Source: an archaeon (GTDB lineage: Archaea > B1Sed10-29 > JAVZDC01). From it: 64,000 nt of DNA. The position numbers and the translations under genes were made by a program. Location: NCBI GenBank assembly GCA_038874115.1, contig JAVZDC010000001.1:70703-134702 (forward strand), written 5' to 3'. This document shows positions 20,200 through 29,631 of this stretch, one piece after another; positions within the stretch are counted from its first letter, which is position 1, and each line of letters begins with the position of its first letter. Below the pieces are notes generated by a model that saw nothing but the letters and a program-made list of their open reading frames with translations, was not told the DNA's origin and did no database searches.

Positions 20200-20303
20200 C
20201 TATGAAAAAGGACTTTGAAGAAAACTTAAAATTTTTTATATATCTGAATGTGGCATTAGTTGGCTTTATTTTGGGTTTCATCGTTAGGTTTATTTTTGGT
20301 TAA
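20196..20303 (+). CDS. 35-aa single-TM microprotein (absent from the ORF track)
   Basis: ATGA overlap with the metG stop; MTMKKDFEENLKFFIYLNVALVGFILGFIVRFIFG. Confidence 0.55.
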   Translation: MTMKKDFEENLKFFIYLNVALVGFILGFIVRFIFG

Positions 20304-20598
20304 GTTGTTCAGAAATAAGCTTTCTAACCTGGGCAAAGTCCATAGATAAGGTTACTTCTAAAGCTTTATTTTCCGAAACTCCAATATTTTCTATAATTTC
20401 TAAACGAATTAGATTTAAAGAACTAAGCTTCTGCTTTGGGTCTTCTCCTTCTTTTACATATAGTTTTTTTAATAAATCAATCGCACAATCATCGCAAACT
20501 TTTAATTCGTTTAGAATTGAATTGTCAACGGCATGATCGCGAATTGTCCACTTATTCAGAGTATCTTTATTTTGTTTGCATAACGCACAGAAAACCAT
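20290..20598 (-). CDS. Hypothetical Zn-binding protein
   Basis: CALC...CDDC pairs. Confidence 0.6.
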   Translation of the reverse strand: MVFCALCKQNKDTLNKWTIRDHAVDNSILNELKVCDDCAIDLLKKLYVKEGEDPKQKLSSLNLIRLEIIENIGVSENKALEVTLSMDFAQVRKLISEQLNQK

Positions 20599-20685
20599 AC
20601 TAAAATATAATATTGCATAAGGAGTTTATAATAATATCTCTTCTAAAAGAAAAAGTATTTAAAAACAAGAATTCTTTTTAGTAGT

Positions 20686-21732
20686 ATGATTTCTGGAAAA
20701 AAGTATTTTTTTTATATCTATGATGTAGCGCAAGAAATAAACCTCCAGAAAATTGAAAAGATATTTAAGAAATCCCCGGCTTTGTTTGAATTTTCGTATT
20801 CTAGATTGATGCCTTTGTATGTGAAACTTGAACCTGCTCCTTTAGAAATAATCTTGAAAAGAAAAATTGGGCAAAAGGAATGTAAAGTAATAATTCACAT
20901 ATATTCGATAGGAGTTATAAGCATATGTTTTGTGATGGATTTTTCAGGTTCGGAAAAAGAAATAATGGCTTTAGTGGATGAAGGAGAGATAAAATCCAAT
21001 GCTGAACATTTGTTACAAAGCACAATCGACATGATTAAAGATGCTTTAGAAAAACCAACATCTGAAACGTTTTATGAAGATTATAAAGTACTTGTTTTAA
21101 AAGAGTTGGATTTGCCCGCGAATGAGTTTATTAAAAAACATAAGAAAGAAATTGCTGCCTTTTTAAGAGAGGAAACGAATCCTGAGGAATTAAGTGAAGA
21201 CGAAATAAAAAGAGCTTTTGAAGTTGCCTTCTCGTATTATTCCGATGATTTTTGTTTACCTGGATATGTAAATTCATTTGTAATTGAACCTGGTAATGAA
21301 AAAGACATCATCACAATTTTTGAAATTGCAAATATACAACTCTTAGAATTTAGATTCTATTCCAACCTTTTAGATAAATTAATAGATAAAGCATACGAGG
21401 ATCTTAGAAAAATAAGGAATAGTAAGTTTGGGATTGGAAGCATTCCATGGCAAGAAATTGCTAGCTTAAAGCTTGAAATAACTGAGATGATTGAGAACGT
21501 GTTAAATTATTCTAAATTTACTGGAGATTGGCATACTGCGAGAGTTTACAATGCAACTGTGAAAAAACTGCATATAGATGAGTTACGAGAAGAAATTAAG
21601 AGAAAACTTGATGTTTTAACCGAATTATACGCTGTTGCCACTCAAAACATAGAGGCTAAAAGAGCTAACTTTTTAGAATTGCTTATCGTTATTTTAATTT
21701 TAATAGAAATTTTACTATTCTTTTTTAAATGA
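20686..21732 (+). CDS. RMD1/DUF155-like protein with a C-terminal TM
   Basis: YDVAQEINL, ANIQLLEFRFY, GDWHTARVY, LELLIVILILIE. Confidence 0.65.
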   Translation: MISGKKYFFYIYDVAQEINLQKIEKIFKKSPALFEFSYSRLMPLYVKLEPAPLEIILKRKIGQKECKVIIHIYSIGVISICFVMDFSGSEKEIMALVDEGEIKSNAEHLLQSTIDMIKDALEKPTSETFYEDYKVLVLKELDLPANEFIKKHKKEIAAFLREETNPEELSEDEIKRAFEVAFSYYSDDFCLPGYVNSFVIEPGNEKDIITIFEIANIQLLEFRFYSNLLDKLIDKAYEDLRKIRNSKFGIGSIPWQEIASLKLEITEMIENVLNYSKFTGDWHTARVYNATVKKLHIDELREEIKRKLDVLTELYAVATQNIEAKRANFLELLIVILILIEILLFFFK

Positions 21733-21776
21733 AGAATATCCAAAATCTTTTTATTTTAAACTATTTTAATTTATTC

Positions 21777-22385
21777 ATGCGAGCACAAGGAGCTATGGAA
21801 TACATGATTATGATTACTGCTGTCTTAGTTATAGCAAGTATAATCATATTGTTTATGACTGGTGTTTTTAAAACAACAAAATCCGGCGGAGACATAGAGC
21901 TTTGTAAACAAGCAGCAGCAAGATGTCAACAAGCCAGGTTAACAAATCCAGACGATCCATGTAACTTTTGTGATGAAGCTTGTAGTTCTAACGGAGTTGA
22001 TATTTTTGATAGTTGGGGAGGGGAAGCAATTACTTGCTGCAAAAAAGCAGACCCTTCAATAATTTATTATAAATCTAAAGAATGCTTGGCATCGCTTAAA
22101 ATTGTATCCGGACCAACTAAAAATGTTGAAGGCCCTTATAATGGAAAATATAATGTTACTTTCTCGTGGAAAACAAATCGACCAACTAAATATATAATAA
22201 ATATATACGTTGGACCTACGCCTGGCCCAAACATTAAATGCTGGCTTCAGAACAATACTTTAAGTTTAGATCACACTTACACTTGCACTACATTACTAGA
22301 ATCTGGAAAGTACAATCTATCGATTACGAACTTTGATGAATATAAAAATAGTATCTATTTTAAGGAAGAATTTTCCGTACCGTAA
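21777..22385 (+). CDS. Class III signal peptide (type IV pilin-like) protein with Cys-rich and FN3-like domains
   Basis: MRAQGAMEYMIMITAVLVIASIII prepilin motif at ATG 21777. Confidence 0.8.
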   Translation: MRAQGAMEYMIMITAVLVIASIIILFMTGVFKTTKSGGDIELCKQAAARCQQARLTNPDDPCNFCDEACSSNGVDIFDSWGGEAITCCKKADPSIIYYKSKECLASLKIVSGPTKNVEGPYNGKYNVTFSWKTNRPTKYIINIYVGPTPGPNIKCWLQNNTLSLDHTYTCTTLLESGKYNLSITNFDEYKNSIYFKEEFSVP

Positions 22386-22459
22386 AACTTTGATAAAAAC
22401 ACTACAAGTTTATACTTTGCATTTTTTGTTTATGAATAAAAAAATAATTCAATTAAACA

Positions 22460-22675
22460 TCAAAATTTCTTTGATTTACTTTGTCTCATGTCTTTTATTC
22501 CTCTATGTCTAGCACAAGATTTACAACAAAATTTTCTTTCTGGAACCCCGCGATACTCCAACCCGACTCTCTCGTCAATATAATTAAAACTATACTTGAT
22601 AAAAGGAATAGCTTTACTTCTAGGTATTCTAGTACCGCAGAATACACATTGAACAGTCGCATCGCTCCCACGCAT
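22460..22675 (-). CDS. rps26e: Ribosomal protein eS26 (S26e)-like
   Basis: RG..VQCVFCG.RIPRSKAI...CCKSCARHRGI; SD GGTGA. Confidence 0.75.
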   Translation of the reverse strand: MRGSDATVQCVFCGTRIPRSKAIPFIKYSFNYIDERVGLEYRGVPERKFCCKSCARHRGIKDMRQSKSKKF

Positions 22676-22749
22676 CTAAATCACCAATCCTTTTTTTATT
22701 TAACTAAACTAATATTTAAAGATTACATTTTTTAATTTATTGAAATGGA

Positions 22750-23715
22750 TCACGTTACATTTTGTTGATGATTTCCCAAAGTCAAGGTTGAAAAAGTACT
22801 CTTCAAATCTTCAAAAGGTTTTGCTTTTATCCCAAGCTCTTCCGTAATTGATTTTGCCAAATCCTTTGCAAACCCGTGGTGCGTTATAACTTCTCGAGGT
22901 TTTGCTTCAGAAACATAATTAAGAAGTTGTTCATAATCCGCATGATCTGATAAAGGAAAAGTCTTCATACCAAACCTAAACTTTAATGCCCATCCAGTAA
23001 AAATCGCAGGTAAAACTTCAGTATTTGTTTGCTTTTCTAAAATTCGAATAAAAGATCTATCCAAAAGTCTTGGCGGTACGACTGCTACAAAACGTTTTTT
23101 CATGTTTTCACAATCCGGATATCCATATTTCAAAGAATACCCAAATTTTGAGTAAAGTTCGCAATATTTGTAAACTTCTGGATGCACTACTGGAACTATT
23201 CCAAGTTTATTCAGCATGTAAACTACTTCCTGAGCTTTCCCATAAGGATATGCGCCACAAAGCAAACTTTTATCTAAATTTTCATTTACCCACGTTTTAA
23301 AATTTTCAAATATTTCTTCCATTGTTGGAAAGTTAAACTCTTTCCTTCCATATGTGGCTTCTATAATTAAGTAGTCTCCTTTTAGAACTTTCGGCTTTCT
23401 GAAAAAGAAGCTATCAGAGAATCTTAAATCTCCGGTAAAAACCAAAGAAGATCCGTTTTCAACTAAAAATTGAGCAGCTCCGAGTACATGGCCAGAAGGA
23501 AACATGGAAATTTCAAAGCTATCATACGTTATTTTTTCTCCCCAAGAATATCCTTGTTTTCCAATTATTTCTCCAGTCTCCTTTGAAAAAATTACTGGGT
23601 TTTTTACTTTATGATCTCCATGAGCATGACTAAAAATAGTATCAAGTACTGGATTATCTAAACCAAGCTCCAGATTGTCCTTTACAACAAAACCTTTTTT
23701 CCAGAGCAGATGCAT
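22750..23715 (-). CDS. MBL-fold beta-CASP nuclease
   Basis: SHAHGDH, SGHVLGA, FTGD, EATYG, GKAQE, LSDHAD, HG. Confidence 0.88.
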   Translation of the reverse strand: MHLLWKKGFVVKDNLELGLDNPVLDTIFSHAHGDHKVKNPVIFSKETGEIIGKQGYSWGEKITYDSFEISMFPSGHVLGAAQFLVENGSSLVFTGDLRFSDSFFFRKPKVLKGDYLIIEATYGRKEFNFPTMEEIFENFKTWVNENLDKSLLCGAYPYGKAQEVVYMLNKLGIVPVVHPEVYKYCELYSKFGYSLKYGYPDCENMKKRFVAVVPPRLLDRSFIRILEKQTNTEVLPAIFTGWALKFRFGMKTFPLSDHADYEQLLNYVSEAKPREVITHHGFAKDLAKSITEELGIKAKPFEDLKSTFSTLTLGNHQQNVT

Positions 23716-23747
23716 TAATTTTAAAAAGAAATTAGGTATATAAATTT

Positions 23748-24671
23748 ATGCTTTACGATTTGATCATAATAGGACTTGGACCTGCAGGATTAACGGCTGG
23801 AATATATGCTACTAGAAGGAATCTGAAAACTCTGATAATAGGAAAGGAGTTTGGAGGAAACATGGCAAAAGCTCACCTTATAGAAAACTATCCCGGTTTT
23901 GAATCGATATCTGGAATTGAACTTGCTAAAAAAATGAGTGAGCAAGCATCTAAATTTGGTTGTGAAATAATTTATGATTCTGCAGTAGATTTAATAAAAG
24001 AAAAAGATTCGTTTAAAGTTATTTGTGAGACTAATTCTTTTGAGAGTAAAGCAGTAATACTTGCGACAGGAACTGCGCACAGAGAACTTGGAATCAAAGG
24101 TGAAAAAGAATTTTTAGGTAAAGGTGTAAGTTATTGCCCCACATGTGATGGTCCTTTTTTTAGAAATAGAATAGTCGCAGTTATAGGTGGTTCTGATTCA
24201 GCTCTAACTTCTGCAGCATATTTATCCGCAATCGCTAAAAAAGTATACTTAATACACAGAGGGGAAGAGTTTAGAGGGGAAACTAAAAATCTAGAGAAAA
24301 TTCTTCAAGCACAAAATATAGAAAGAATCATGAATTCTGTAGTTTCTGAAATAAAAGGAGGAAAGATCGTCGAAAGTATATTAGTTAAGAATGTTAAAAC
24401 AGAAGAAATAAAAGAGATAAAAGTAGATGGTGTATTCATTCAAGTTGGTTATGTTCCACTATCCAATCTTTTAAAAAATCTTAATGTAAAAACAGATGAA
24501 AAAGGATACATCGAAGTAAATAAGAAAATGGAAACAAACGTACCAGGAGTTTTTGCAGCAGGGGATGTAACCGGAGGTATTCTACAGGTGGCTCAGGCTG
24601 TTGGACAAGGCGCTATAGCTGCAATTTCTGCATATTACTATATTAAAAATATGAAAAATCCATATTATTGA
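23748..24671 (+). CDS. trxB: Thioredoxin reductase
   Basis: GLGPAG, IENYPG, GVSYCPTCDG, GGSDSA, FAAGD. Confidence 0.93.
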   Translation: MLYDLIIIGLGPAGLTAGIYATRRNLKTLIIGKEFGGNMAKAHLIENYPGFESISGIELAKKMSEQASKFGCEIIYDSAVDLIKEKDSFKVICETNSFESKAVILATGTAHRELGIKGEKEFLGKGVSYCPTCDGPFFRNRIVAVIGGSDSALTSAAYLSAIAKKVYLIHRGEEFRGETKNLEKILQAQNIERIMNSVVSEIKGGKIVESILVKNVKTEEIKEIKVDGVFIQVGYVPLSNLLKNLNVKTDEKGYIEVNKKMETNVPGVFAAGDVTGGILQVAQAVGQGAIAAISAYYYIKNMKNPYY

Positions 24672-25756
24672 TCCTCAGACTCTTCTTCCAAGTCTTCCTT
24701 GAATTCCTCCTCCGAACCATCTACTTCTTCCTTAGTTTCTTTTTCAGATTTTTTTAACTTTTTCTCAGATTTTAATTTATCTGATTTTTCAGACAAGTTT
24801 TCTTTTTCCTTTAATTTTTTTGTTTCTTTTTTAATTTGTTCCTTTATTTCTTGAATCTCTTCTTCGTTTATACCTTCTACATTCTCATCCTGAATTATCT
24901 TTTCAAATATATTTTTAGTGCGTAAATAATCTATTTCGTTTAAAAGATTGTTTTTTGTCCTGATGTATGCCAATACAAGAACGAAAATAACCACTAACAA
25001 TAGCCCAACTACCCAAGAACCACCAAGAATTGCAAAACCAGTTATTTGCCCAATTTGATTTCCAGAAACTCTCAAGACTTTTGTCACTATTTTCTCCGTA
25101 CCTTTTACTACGCTTATATTCAAAACTTTTTCTTCAAAGTTAGATGAAATAATCTCCAATTTAATTTCTTTTGTTTCTCCAGGTTTTAACGTAAACTGAT
25201 CTAAGCTTCTTATAATCCAATCTGCAGGAGCTCCATCTACTTGAATCTTTAAATTAGATATCACTTTATCTGATGGGTTATAGACTTTAAGAACTTCTAA
25301 GTATCCAATCGTCTGATTTTTATCATCTTTTAAAGCATCTGCTGGAGAAAGTTCTAAATAAAGCATCCCTTTTAAACTAGAATATGGTAAAACGCTTATA
25401 ATCATCTCTTCATACCCGGAGACATTTCCGTATCCAATTTTCCCTAAAACTTTATAATCTCCAGCAGGATATTCAGAACCTACATAAAGTTCAAATTTTA
25501 CTGTTTTTGATTCTCTCGGACCAAGATATATTACTTGAGTATCCGGAACAACCTTTCCAGGAATCTCGCCAGCCATTTTTATCACAATATTATCCAATAT
25601 TGAAGATCCTGTATTGGATACTGTGAATTTTATATCTGCGTAGCCTCCTTGCATGGTTTCTATTTTCGTATAGACTGGGTGAAATTCAATTGCAGCAAAA
25701 ACACTACTTAAAACAAATACAAAAGCAATGCATATCGCAAAAACGTTCTTGCACAT
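24665..25756 (-). CDS. Secreted Ig/CARDB-like surface protein with a TM anchor and charged cytoplasmic tail
   Basis: Signal peptide from MCKNVF (ATG 25756), VSNTG, LKPGE motifs, ITGFAI then TM, E/K-rich tail. Confidence 0.7.
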   Translation of the reverse strand: MCKNVFAICIAFVFVLSSVFAAIEFHPVYTKIETMQGGYADIKFTVSNTGSSILDNIVIKMAGEIPGKVVPDTQVIYLGPRESKTVKFELYVGSEYPAGDYKVLGKIGYGNVSGYEEMIISVLPYSSLKGMLYLELSPADALKDDKNQTIGYLEVLKVYNPSDKVISNLKIQVDGAPADWIIRSLDQFTLKPGETKEIKLEIISSNFEEKVLNISVVKGTEKIVTKVLRVSGNQIGQITGFAILGGSWVVGLLLVVIFVLVLAYIRTKNNLLNEIDYLRTKNIFEKIIQDENVEGINEEEIQEIKEQIKKETKKLKEKENLSEKSDKLKSEKKLKKSEKETKEEVDGSEEEFKEDLEEESEDQ

Positions 25757-25915
25757 CTCAATCACTCTTAATGTGTGATTTTTCTTATATAAAAACTTTT
25801 CTATCGTTTGTTGGAAATTATAAAAATAGTGAGTGAACGATCCAAAAGCAAGATTAAAAAAGTTGAACATAAATATTTATATATATCTTTTGTAACAAAA
25901 AAATTGTGAGGATTT

Positions 25916-26566
25916 ATGGAATTTGAAAAACTTCGTGAAACATTATTGGAACTTGGATTATCTCCAGCAGAAATTCAAGTGTACAATATCCTGCTAAATT
26001 ACCATGATGGGACTGTTGGGTTTATAAGTCGACAAACTGACATGCAAAGGAACAGAGTTTACTCCATATTACAATCTTTGGAGAAAAAAGGTTTCGTCAA
26101 ATTGATAGACACAAAACCAAAAAAATATGCTCTAGAAGATGCAGATATAGCAATTAATAAGTTTGAACAGTATTTTAGAGAAAAAGCGGAGAAAAAGATT
26201 GAAAAAATAAGAAAATATAAGGATACTTTAAAATCTTTAATTCATAGAGAACTAACGTTTGAAGATTATGTAAAGAGGGCTGAAAACGAAGTAATTATCT
26301 CCTTGGATGAAGAGACTTTGAAGAAGAAGGTTGAACTTTTAATTCCGTGCTTAAAGGCTGCTTTTGAAAGAGGGGCGAATATAAAGATAATCTCTGATGC
26401 TGATCCAAGTTTATTAAAAGAATTCCAATTTTTCACCAAGTATATTAAAGAGTCTCCAAAAAATAAATTTATTTTAATCGACAATTCTTTATTGCTAATG
26501 CATTCTGCAAATGGGTTTGAAAAAGTTCTAGATCGGTCTGTAATAGAAAACATAAGAAATGGATAG
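25916..26566 (+). CDS. TrmB-family transcriptional regulator
   Basis: LGLSPAEIQVY...RVYSILQSLEKKGFV...PKKY. Confidence 0.85.
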   Translation: MEFEKLRETLLELGLSPAEIQVYNILLNYHDGTVGFISRQTDMQRNRVYSILQSLEKKGFVKLIDTKPKKYALEDADIAINKFEQYFREKAEKKIEKIRKYKDTLKSLIHRELTFEDYVKRAENEVIISLDEETLKKKVELLIPCLKAAFERGANIKIISDADPSLLKEFQFFTKYIKESPKNKFILIDNSLLLMHSANGFEKVLDRSVIENIRNG

Positions 26567-26742
26567 AATAAGCTTTTTATTGATTTTTGGCAGGATTTAA
26601 ACTCAATCGAAAAGAATAACATTAAAAGCATCAAACTTTTTAAAATAGCTAAATAATTTAAATGAAATCTTCCTCAAATTCTACGGAACAAATGTTTTTA
26701 ACAAAAGTAAGGCATTAAAGAAGTAGAAGTTGAGGTGGGTAA

Positions 26743-28059
26743 ATGAAATTTAGAGAATTTATAAATCACTTAGAAACTAAAAACGAATTGATACATATAA
26801 AAAAACCTGTTTCTCTTGAATTTGAGATGGCAAATATCATGGCAACTCTTAACGAAAAACCAATAATATTCGAAAATATAAAAGAATCGTCTTTTCCTGT
26901 TGTCGGCGGTTTATGTTCTTCAAGAAATTTAATCGCAGAGGCACTTGAGGTTTCGGAAAAAAACCTTGTTAAAAAATTATGTGATGCTATAAGTAATCTA
27001 AAAAAACCAGAAATTGTTGAAAATGCGCCTTGCCAAGAAATAGTGGAAACATCTCCTGATTTATATAAACTCCCGATCATGCGTTACATGCCAAAAGATG
27101 GTGGAAGGTATATACCTTCTGGAATTTCAGTGGTACGCGATCCAGAATTAAATGTGCAGAATGTTAGCTTTCATAGGTTAATGTTGTTGGATAAAAATCA
27201 TTTTGTTGCAAGAATAGTTGAAAATCGTGGGACAGATACAGCATTAAAGAAAGCAAGTGGAGAACTTGAAATTGCGATATGTGTAGGAAATTCAACTGCT
27301 GTAATGCTTGCCGCAGCAACATCTTTACCTCACGGAGTAGATGAATTTTATCTTGCTAATGCAATAGAACAAACTCCACTTGTAAAATGTAAAACAGTTG
27401 ATCTATATGTACCTGCGGATTCTGAATTTGTTCTTGAAGGAAAAATTACGAAAGAGATGCATGATGAAGGTCCTTTTCTTGACTTAACAACAACATACGA
27501 TAAAATACGCAAGCAGCCTGTAATTGAAATAACCTGTATTACTCATAGGAAAGATGCAATATGGCAAACACTGTTGCCTGGGTTGAACGAGCATAGAAAT
27601 CTCATGGGAATGCCTCGAGAACCAACGATTTTTAATGAAGTCTCAAAAGTTTGTAAATGCGTAAATGTTCGATTAACTCCTGGTGGAGGAAATTGGCTTC
27701 ATGCAATTATTCAAATTCATAAAGAAAAAGAGGAGGATGGAAAACGAGCGATTCAAGCGGCATTTAAAGGCCACAGTTCATTAAAACATTGCGTTGTCGT
27801 CGATGATGATATAGATATAGACAATCCTATTTCAGTAGAATGGGCGATTGCAACAAGATTTCAAGGAGATAAAGATATGATAATTATGCCAAATCAACCG
27901 GGTTCATCTCTCGATCCAAGCGCAGATTTGACTGAAGGAAAAAAAGCAATTACTTGTAAGGTGGGCATCGACGCAACAATTCCGTTGGATAAAAAAGATA
28001 AATCATTTAAACCGGAAAGTTATAGAAAAGTAAATGTGAAAGAATATTTAGAGGGATAA
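26743..28059 (+). CDS. UbiD-family decarboxylase, probable trans-anhydromevalonate 5-phosphate decarboxylase
   Basis: DGGRY, NVSFHR, EFVLEG, DEGPF, VVVDDDID, WAIATR; adjacent to the AcnX pair. Confidence 0.88.
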   Translation: MKFREFINHLETKNELIHIKKPVSLEFEMANIMATLNEKPIIFENIKESSFPVVGGLCSSRNLIAEALEVSEKNLVKKLCDAISNLKKPEIVENAPCQEIVETSPDLYKLPIMRYMPKDGGRYIPSGISVVRDPELNVQNVSFHRLMLLDKNHFVARIVENRGTDTALKKASGELEIAICVGNSTAVMLAAATSLPHGVDEFYLANAIEQTPLVKCKTVDLYVPADSEFVLEGKITKEMHDEGPFLDLTTTYDKIRKQPVIEITCITHRKDAIWQTLLPGLNEHRNLMGMPREPTIFNEVSKVCKCVNVRLTPGGGNWLHAIIQIHKEKEEDGKRAIQAAFKGHSSLKHCVVVDDDIDIDNPISVEWAIATRFQGDKDMIIMPNQPGSSLDPSADLTEGKKAITCKVGIDATIPLDKKDKSFKPESYRKVNVKEYLEG

Positions 28060-28060
28060 A

Positions 28061-29242
28061 ATGTATTTAACACATGAAGAAGAAGCTATGCTTGCTGGAG
28101 AACATGGCGAAGCATGTAGAAGGGCGATGGAAATTCTTGTTGCGCTTGGAAAAATTTATGGAGCAGACAGGTTAATTAACGTAGCTTCAGTGCAAGTCGC
28201 TGGCGTAAGTTATCATAATTTAGGCGATGCTGGTTTAGAATTTTTATCTGAATTAGCAAAGGACGGAAAAGTAAGAGTTTTAACAACGTTAAACCCTGCA
28301 GGTATTGATCTTGAAAATTGGAAAGAATTAAACATTCCTGAAGACTTTGTAATAAAGCAAAAAATGGTTATTGATGCGTTTGAAAAGCTTGGAATAATTA
28401 CTTCATGTACTTGCATACCATATTTAGTGGGTAATCTGCCATTGAAAGGCCAGCATATTGCTTGGTCGGAATCAAGTGCAGTAACATTTGCAAACTCTGT
28501 GCTTGGGGCAAAAACAAATCGGGAAGGGGGGCCCTCTGCGCTTGCTGCTGCTTTAACAGGAAAAACTGCAAATTTTGGTTTACATTTGGATGAAAATAGA
28601 AATGCACAAATTGTTGTAAATGTAAGAACAAAAATCGAAAATGAAGATTGGGCTTTACTTGGATTTTCGATTGGAAAAAAAATAGGGAATAAAATACCTT
28701 TTATCCGAGGCATTAAATCAGCAAATCTTGAGGAATTAAAAAGTTTTAGTGCCGCAATCGCAACTTATGGGGGAACAGCGTTATTTCATATCGAGAATAT
28801 TACGCCTAATAAAACTGAAATTCCGAGCGAAGAAATAGACATTGAAGAAATTGATTTAAAAAACGCTCGTGATGAATTAAACGATGAAGGAGAAATAGAT
28901 TTCGTAGGGATAGGATGCCCTCATTGTTCTTTACAAGAAATAGAGAAAATTGCGAAATTGCTGGATGGGAAAAAAGTTTCTGTAGAAACTTGGATATTTA
29001 CTGCAAGACAAATTAAAACATTGGCTGAATTGCAAGGTTGGGCATCTAAAATTGAAAAATCAGGGGCTAAAATTGTATGCGATACATGCATGGCTGTTGC
29101 ACCACTTAAGGGAAGATTTAAATGTCTTGTAACAAATTCATCAAAAGCATGTTTCTATGGACGTGGAACAAACAATTTTAAAACAAAATTTGGAACAATT
29201 GAAAAGTGTATTGATGCTGCGGTGAGTGGAAAATGGAAATAA
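28061..29242 (+). CDS. Aconitase X large subunit, probable phosphomevalonate dehydratase
   Basis: MYLTHEEE, GVSY, TLNP, CTCIPY, WSESSA, NREGG, IGCPHCS, DTC. Confidence 0.9.
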   Translation: MYLTHEEEAMLAGEHGEACRRAMEILVALGKIYGADRLINVASVQVAGVSYHNLGDAGLEFLSELAKDGKVRVLTTLNPAGIDLENWKELNIPEDFVIKQKMVIDAFEKLGIITSCTCIPYLVGNLPLKGQHIAWSESSAVTFANSVLGAKTNREGGPSALAAALTGKTANFGLHLDENRNAQIVVNVRTKIENEDWALLGFSIGKKIGNKIPFIRGIKSANLEELKSFSAAIATYGGTALFHIENITPNKTEIPSEEIDIEEIDLKNARDELNDEGEIDFVGIGCPHCSLQEIEKIAKLLDGKKVSVETWIFTARQIKTLAELQGWASKIEKSGAKIVCDTCMAVAPLKGRFKCLVTNSSKACFYGRGTNNFKTKFGTIEKCIDAAVSGKWK

Positions 29243-29631
29243 AAGGGAGAGTAATATTTCCTGGTTTTGCAAAGGGGGAAGCGCTCGTAACGAATCAGCC
29301 AATTTCATTTTTTGGTGGTGTCGACCCAAACACAGGCATTGTAGTTGAAAAAGGACACGAGCTTGAAAATAAATGTATTGCAGGTAAAATCCTTGTATTT
29401 TCTACAGGTAAAGGTTCAACTGTTGGGTCATATACTTTATACAGACTTTCCAAAAATAATGTGGCTCCTGCTGCAATTTTAAACAAAGAATGTGACGTGA
29501 TTGTTGCTGTTGGTGCAATTATTGCTAGAATTCCACTTATGGATAAGATTGAAATTGAAAAAATAGAAACTGGAGACATAGTTGAAGTTAATGCAAATGA
29601 CGGGTTTATTAAAATTGCGAAACGAAAATAA
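29233..29631 (+). CDS. Aconitase X small (swivel, DUF126) subunit
   Basis: ISFFGGVDP.TG, GKGSTVGSY. Confidence 0.9.
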   Translation: MEIKGRVIFPGFAKGEALVTNQPISFFGGVDPNTGIVVEKGHELENKCIAGKILVFSTGKGSTVGSYTLYRLSKNNVAPAAILNKECDVIVAVGAIIARIPLMDKIEIEKIETGDIVEVNANDGFIKIAKRK

